Positions 44,467 to 48,888 of a stretch of 48,888 nucleotides of DNA are shown here, piece after piece. How positions within the stretch are numbered: the stretch's first letter is position 1; each line of letters starts with the position of its first letter. The translations under genes were made by a program, and so were the position numbers. A model generated the notes under the pieces. It searched no databases and had not been told where the DNA came from. It was given only the letters and a program-made list of their open reading frames with translations. This stretch comes from an uncultured Candidatus Saccharibacteria bacterium (lineage in GTDB: Bacteria; Patescibacteriota; Minisyncoccia; Phycocordibacterales; SBAW01): the NCBI GenBank assembly GCA_964650645.1, contig CAZYUH010000001.1, forward strand, positions 705,202-754,089, in the 5' to 3' direction.

Positions 44467-44548
44467 TAAGCGAAAAGCAAAGAAGAAGGCGATTTCCATA
44501 ATCCGTGGTAATCTGCGCTCAGACGCAACCGGTTTGAAAGGGCTACAG

Positions 44549-45268
44549 ATGACCAAGCTCGTATTCGCATGCGACGTGAGCGACCTCTCCCTCGGGGAGA
44601 TGCTCATACGCAAGACCGCCGGGCATATCGATATAGTGAAGATAGGCCTCGAAGCCATGACTGCCGAGGACGGCGACGGGACGACCCTCGCGTCCAAGCT
44701 GCGCCGCTATGCCATCGGCAGGCAGCACCCCGTCATGTGGGACATGAAGCTCCACGATATAGAAAGCACGATGGCCAAGGCGGCGCGCAACATCGCAAAG
44801 CTCGGCTCGGATTTCCTTACCATCCACGCCGCAGCATGCGACAAGGCGCTCGCTGCCGTCGCTGCGGCCGCGGATGGGGTCGGGGGCGGCGCCATGCCGC
44901 TTGCCGTCACCGTACTGACCGATCTCGATGAGAGCCAGTGCTACTCGCGCTTCCACGCGACGCCCGATACCGCGGTCAGGCATTTCGCGAAGAACGCGCA
45001 CCGCCTGGGCATCCGCGGCTTCGTCTGCTCGGCCAGGGAGGCCCGCATCATCCGCGACTCCCTGCCCGATGCCTACATCATGACGCCCGGAATCCGCCCC
45101 CTGTGGGCGGTCGCCCGCGACGAGCAGAAGCGCGTCACAACGCCTGCGCAGGCGAAACAGGCCGGCGCCGACGCGATAGTGGTAGGCCGGCCGATATCGA
45201 AGCCGCCACCCTTCCACACCGAAGCCTCGGCGGCGCAAGCGATAAAGGAAGAGCTCGAGGCGGCGTAG
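44549..45268 (+). CDS. pyrF: Orotidine-5'-phosphate decarboxylase
   Basis: VFACD, VKIG, WDMKLHDIEST (DxKxxDI), LTIHA, AVTVLT, MTPGIR, IVVGRPI. Confidence 0.93.
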   Translation: MTKLVFACDVSDLSLGEMLIRKTAGHIDIVKIGLEAMTAEDGDGTTLASKLRRYAIGRQHPVMWDMKLHDIESTMAKAARNIAKLGSDFLTIHAAACDKALAAVAAAADGVGGGAMPLAVTVLTDLDESQCYSRFHATPDTAVRHFAKNAHRLGIRGFVCSAREARIIRDSLPDAYIMTPGIRPLWAVARDEQKRVTTPAQAKQAGADAIVVGRPISKPPPFHTEASAAQAIKEELEAA

Positions 45269-45287
45269 CCGCGAGCATTCAGAAAAC

Positions 45288-45315
45288 AAGGCCCGGCGGA
45301 GTACCGCCGGGCCTT
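45288..45315. terminator. Bidirectional hairpin between pyrF and pyrE
   Basis: AAGGCCCGGCGG-AGTA-CCGCCGGGCCTT, 12-bp stem. Confidence 0.7.
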
Positions 45316-45319
45316 TATC

Positions 45320-46006
45320 TTATCCGCCCGCCCTTTGGGGCAGCTCCCACCCTTCTTTTGACCACGATTCGTCCCGCGGATCCTTGAGCCAGCGCCGCAC
45401 GATGCGCTCGACCCCCTCGTCGAGCATGCCGTTTTGCGCGGCATAGTCCACTATCATCTCGCCGGTGCACAGCGCGTGCACGGAGTGGCCGACGATGTTC
45501 GCGTGGAACTCCGGCAGGCCCCAGGTATTGAGGATGAGCGTGTGCGCGACGCGCGCGCCCGCCGCCTCGAGCGTTTTCATGGCGGCCAGCGCGCTCTCGA
45601 AGGTAGAGGACATGTCCTCTACCAAGAGCACGCGCATGCCGTCGAGCAAGGCGGCGTCCCCGTCTATGAGGCCCCCGAGCCCGTGCCCCGTCTTCTCCTC
45701 CTTCTTTACCGTAAAGTGGGGCATTCCCATCTCGCGCGCCAGCGCGACCCCGTGCGGCACGCCGCCCGATGCGACCGACGCGACGGCGCCGTAGTCGTGC
45801 ACGAGGTCTTCCGTTTGGAACAGGAGCAGCTCTATGATCGCGCCCCATTCATCGGGATGCGACGGAAGCACGCGGTTGTTAATGTACGCGCCCGGCGACA
45901 GCACGCCCTGCTTGAAGCGTATAGCCTTGGGCGGCCTGATGCGCACCGCGCCCGCCTTGAAGAAGTACTCTGCGCTTGATAATTCTCCGAACACCGATAA
46001 GGGCAT
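45320..46006 (-). CDS. pyrE: Orotate phosphoribosyltransferase
   Basis: FKQGVLSPGAYINNR, VASVASGGVPHG, VKKEEKTGHG, PRPP loop LLVEDMSSTFES; GGGAG SD. Confidence 0.8.
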   Translation of the reverse strand: MPLSVFGELSSAEYFFKAGAVRIRPPKAIRFKQGVLSPGAYINNRVLPSHPDEWGAIIELLLFQTEDLVHDYGAVASVASGGVPHGVALAREMGMPHFTVKKEEKTGHGLGGLIDGDAALLDGMRVLLVEDMSSTFESALAAMKTLEAAGARVAHTLILNTWGLPEFHANIVGHSVHALCTGEMIVDYAAQNGMLDEGVERIVRRWLKDPRDESWSKEGWELPQRAGG

Positions 46007-46084
46007 CAAATATCTCCCTGTTTGCCCGACAGACTCACACGAAACTACCTTTATTTTTACTCGAAAGCAAGCTACAACTGAGGC

Positions 46085-46972
46085 GTGCAGAAGCCGAAAC
46101 TCATCGCCATTGTGGGCCCCACCGCCTCGGGCAAGACCGCCCTTGGCATTTATCTCGCCCAGGCACTCGGGGGCGAGGTCATTTCGTGCGACTCGCGGCA
46201 GGTATACAAGGGGCTCGACATAGGCACCGGCAAGGTTACGAAAAAAGAGGCAGCTGGCATTCCCCACCACCTCATAGACGTCGCCTCGCCCAAGCGGCAG
46301 TTCACGGTAGACGAGTTCGTCCGCCTCGCCGAAAAAGCCTATGCTAGTATTTTGCAAAAAAACAAAATAGCTATCGTCGTCGGAGGCACCGGGCTGTACG
46401 CCGACATGCTCCTGGGCCGCATGAGCTACCCCAGCGTGCCGCCCAACGAAACCCTTCGCGCGCGGCTTGCCAAGAAGGCGCCCGCAGAGCTGTTCGCGAT
46501 GCTCCAAAAGGCCGACCCCGCGCGCGCGAAAACGATAGACCCGCGCAACCCGCGCCGCCTGGTGCGCGCGCTCGAAATCGCAGACGCCCTGGGCGCCTCC
46601 CCCGCCCCGGCCCCCGCTCCCGCATACGACGTGCTCTGGCTGGGCATCAACCCGGGGAAAGAAGCGCTCGAAGCGAACATCGGCGCGCGGCTAAAAAGCC
46701 GCATGAAGGCCGGCATGCTCGCCGAGGCCAGGCGCCTGCACGGGCGGGGGCTTTCCTACAAGCGCATGGAGGAGCTGGGGCTCGAATACCGCTACCTGGC
46801 GCGGCTTTTACAGGGAAAGCTCGCGCGCGAGACGTTCATGACGGAGCTTGAGCGCGCCATACGCGGCTACGCCAAGCGCCAGCTCACCTGGTTCAAGCGC
46901 AATAAAGACATCCATTGGGTCCGCTCGGACGCACAGGCCCTGCGCCTGGCAAAAGCCTTCCTTTCGCGCTAG
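46085..46972 (+). CDS. miaA: tRNA dimethylallyltransferase
   Basis: GPTASGKT, SCDSRQVYKGLDIGTGK, PHHLID, VGGTGLY, YAKRQLTWF. Confidence 0.96.
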   Translation: MQKPKLIAIVGPTASGKTALGIYLAQALGGEVISCDSRQVYKGLDIGTGKVTKKEAAGIPHHLIDVASPKRQFTVDEFVRLAEKAYASILQKNKIAIVVGGTGLYADMLLGRMSYPSVPPNETLRARLAKKAPAELFAMLQKADPARAKTIDPRNPRRLVRALEIADALGASPAPAPAPAYDVLWLGINPGKEALEANIGARLKSRMKAGMLAEARRLHGRGLSYKRMEELGLEYRYLARLLQGKLARETFMTELERAIRGYAKRQLTWFKRNKDIHWVRSDAQALRLAKAFLSR

Positions 46973-46984
46973 TATTCTGTCATC

Positions 46985-47055
46985 GGGCGATTAGTTTAAT
47001 GGTAGAACAGCGGTCTCCAAAACCGCTAGCGAGGGTTCGATTCCTTCATCGCCCG
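46985..47055 (+). tRNA. tRNA-Trp (CCA)
   Basis: GGGCGAT/ATCGCCC acceptor, GCGGT-CT-CCA-AA-ACCGC, GGTTCGATTCC; CCA not encoded. Confidence 0.95.
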
Positions 47056-47255
47056 CATAAGACGCAACAACCTCCCCTGCGGGAGGTTTTGCGCTTATGC
47101 GGGAGGCAGAGCGATGTTTTGCACTTGCAAAACCGCGAGCCGGGATCGCGAAAGCTTTTTGCGACGGCAAAAAGCTATTCGTGATCGCAATAGGCATCCC
47201 GCGTATGCGAATTTCCAGCAGGAAATTATGCGTGGCCGATTCCGCCCCTCATGTC
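47052..47255 (+). repeat. tRNA-linked palindromic module sharing a 36-bp core with the tRNA-Leu element
   Basis: GAGCGATGTTTTGCACTTGCAAAACCGCGAGCCGGG is identical at 47109-47144 and 44295-44330; nested hairpins. Confidence 0.8.
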
Positions 47256-47262
47256 ACATACG

Positions 47263-47290
47263 AAAAAACCGCCCTGATGGGCGGTTTTTT
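47263..47290. terminator. Bidirectional intrinsic terminator
   Basis: AAAAAACCGCCC-TGAT-GGGCGGTTTTTT. Confidence 0.85.
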
Positions 47291-47291
47291 A

Positions 47292-47447
47292 TTATTTCTT
47301 GCTCTCCTTGAAAATGACGTGCTTGCGGAGCTTCTTGGAGTACTTTTTAAGCTCTATCTTGCGCGTAACGAGCTTCTTGTTCTTGCTCGTCCAATACACC
47401 TCCCCCGTGGCGGCGTGCTTGAGCTGTATGAGGCGTTCCTGCGACAT
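47292..47447 (-). CDS. rpmG: 50S ribosomal protein L33 (Cys-free form)
   Basis: Hand translation: MSQERLIQLKHAATGEVYWTSKNKKLVTRKIELKKYSKKLRKHVIFKESKK. Missing from the ORF track. Confidence 0.93.
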   Translation of the reverse strand: MSQERLIQLKHAATGEVYWTSKNKKLVTRKIELKKYSKKLRKHVIFKESKK

Positions 47448-47485
47448 TGCCCCTTCACCTTACCAAATAGGGCTTTTTTTGGCAA

Positions 47486-48058
47486 CTAGAGCCGGGTGGC
47501 CCCCTCGCAGAAGCTGAAGCCGAGGTTCTCTCCGCCGTATACCTGGTTGACCCGCACCGGCACGACGAGCGTATACCGCAGACGGCACATGTCACCCTCG
47601 GAAATGCCGAGCGTTCTCATAAGGTACTGCTCTGCCTGCGCGCGAACCGAGTCGATGGGCTCTTGGAGAATGGTGATAGAGAAGAAGCTCGAAGCGCTGA
47701 CGTAGCTTATGACGTACGGGACGCTCGGCGCGTCCGGACTGCCCGGGTCGATGGAGTTCCCGATGTAGTAATTGCCCGGATTGTTCGCATCCGCAGACGT
47801 CTCGGGGCTGGAAAGGAAGTCCTTCACCGCCAACGTACTGCCGTCCTGCAGAAGGACGGTCGCGGACGCACTGCTCCCCGGCTGCTGCTCGCTTGGCGTC
47901 GCGTACACGTCGGTCTGCGAAAGGCCGCCGAAGGAGCCGGACGGCTCCTGCGCTTGGGGCGCGGGCTTGTCGCGCAGGAGTCCCGCCGCGATAATCGCGA
48001 CCGACACGACGGCGATAACGAGCCCCAGCACCCACTGTATGCGGTTATTCATAGTCAC
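47486..48058 (-). CDS. Hypothetical membrane-anchored protein
   Basis: N-terminal TM; C-terminal MCRL...NLGFSFC Cys pair; 4-nt overlap with the upstream gene. Confidence 0.65.
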   Translation of the reverse strand: MTMNNRIQWVLGLVIAVVSVAIIAAGLLRDKPAPQAQEPSGSFGGLSQTDVYATPSEQQPGSSASATVLLQDGSTLAVKDFLSSPETSADANNPGNYYIGNSIDPGSPDAPSVPYVISYVSASSFFSITILQEPIDSVRAQAEQYLMRTLGISEGDMCRLRYTLVVPVRVNQVYGGENLGFSFCEGATRL

Positions 48059-48888
48059 TTGTCCAGGTTAGCGGCGTCATAATTCGAAACGCACGTGCGC
48101 GCGGCGGTATTCCAATATACGCCGTTGTTGTTTCCCGTCCACGGCTGGTATCCCTGGGAACGGACCATGGCGGCGGCGGTCCTGAGGTTGCACTCGCCGT
48201 TGTTCTGCGCGGCCGTAAGGTTGCCGCCGAAATTGGACGCGCGGCACTCGTAAGGCGCGTAGATGCCCCAGTTGGTCCTTGAGATCTGGAAGGTCCCGCA
48301 CGGGCCGGTACCGCTGCATCCCACGGGGTTGCCGCTGTTCTCCGTTATAGCGATGCACGACATCGCCCGCGCCTGCGTCTCGCTAAGCCCGGTTTGCTGG
48401 AGCGCGCTTATGCTGCAGTACGGATTGCCCTCGGGGCATACGGCGCTGCCCCGCGTGCCCTTTCCTATGGGGATATGCGAAGGGGCTGAGGGCACCTTCG
48501 AGTACGCGTCAAGCAAATCGCAGCTGTTCTGGTCCCCTTCGTCCTTGCAGTTGCGCTGGAGCTCGCTCCTTTGCGACTGGGTCAGCGTGGCGCCGCCATT
48601 GTAGCCGGTATCCAGGTACGAATTAAGAAGCTTGCACGAGTTTGCATTCCCCTCCTCTTCGCAGCTGTACTGAAGGGCGTCCTGCTGTGCGTCGGTAAGC
48701 ACGACCTGGCTTGAACGCAGGGCGGGGCCTACGACGGCATTATTGCCGTCAACGCACTGCGTACCCTCAAGATGGATGCTCCCGCCGTACGCCGAAGCGT
48801 ACTGGCCGCAGCCCAAACTTCCCCCGCCGCCGGCGCCTCCCCCCGCCCCGCCATTCACGGGCGCGTTGTTGGTCTCGTACTTGACGCT
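48055..48888 (-). CDS. C-terminal part of a secreted protein with an SLT/lysozyme-like domain (starts beyond right edge)
   Basis: Frame open to 48888; SCIAITENSG (putative catalytic Glu), GTFQI, CNLRTA, GYQPW; Cys-rich with an internal ~28-aa duplication. Confidence 0.7.
   Translation of the reverse strand, partial: SVKYETNNAPVNGGAGGGAGGGGSLGCGQYASAYGGSIHLEGTQCVDGNNAVVGPALRSSQVVLTDAQQDALQYSCEEEGNANSCKLLNSYLDTGYNGGATLTQSQRSELQRNCKDEGDQNSCDLLDAYSKVPSAPSHIPIGKGTRGSAVCPEGNPYCSISALQQTGLSETQARAMSCIAITENSGNPVGCSGTGPCGTFQISRTNWGIYAPYECRASNFGGNLTAAQNNGECNLRTAAAMVRSQGYQPWTGNNNGVYWNTAARTCVSNYDAANLDK

Noticed and set aside
45320-46507. 395-aa fusion upstream of pyrE
   Set aside because: The extension is antisense miaA; pyrE has its own SD-led ATG at 46006.
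47230-47255. att duplication of the tRNA-Trp 3' end
   Set aside because: Only a 7-bp match (CGATTCC), too short to support a call.

Overview
High-GC bacterial chromosomal segment. Gene content and organisation (short DnaX, dprA-topA, serS-ftsQ-like, many small membrane proteins, mostly SD-less starts, TGA used as stop) suggest Patescibacteria/Parcubacteria; this taxonomy is an inference. The backbone carries housekeeping and stress genes (msrA, rarA, rlmH, dnaX, dus, serS, dprA, topA, rel, parB, pyrF/pyrE, miaA, rpmG) and three tRNA genes (Gln-TTG, Leu-CAA, Trp-CCA). An AT-richer, layered accessory region (about 19.9-31.4 kb) abuts tRNA-Gln. It holds a eukaryote-type two-domain phosphagen kinase, a TfoX-like gene, a probable recombinase 3' remnant, a CsoR-controlled copper operon ending in a beta-propeller/DUF411 fusion, and a 4.7 kb large-serine-recombinase element bounded by a 15-bp duplication of the tRNA-Gln 3' end, carrying Shedu, a Zn-finger protein and a HEPN-like protein. 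The strongest non-coding signals are: (1) tRNA-linked palindromic modules, two of which (Gln and Leu) carry an antisense copy of their own tRNA 3' end split by a 9-bp hairpin; (2) hairpin-spaced repeats in frame with dnaX; (3) a pervasive TAnnnT-N6-8-ATG (leaderless) start architecture. Most long overlapping ORFs in the supplied track are GC-rich antisense artefacts. Several real short or edge genes are missing from that track. All family assignments are by motif recognition; no database search was run.
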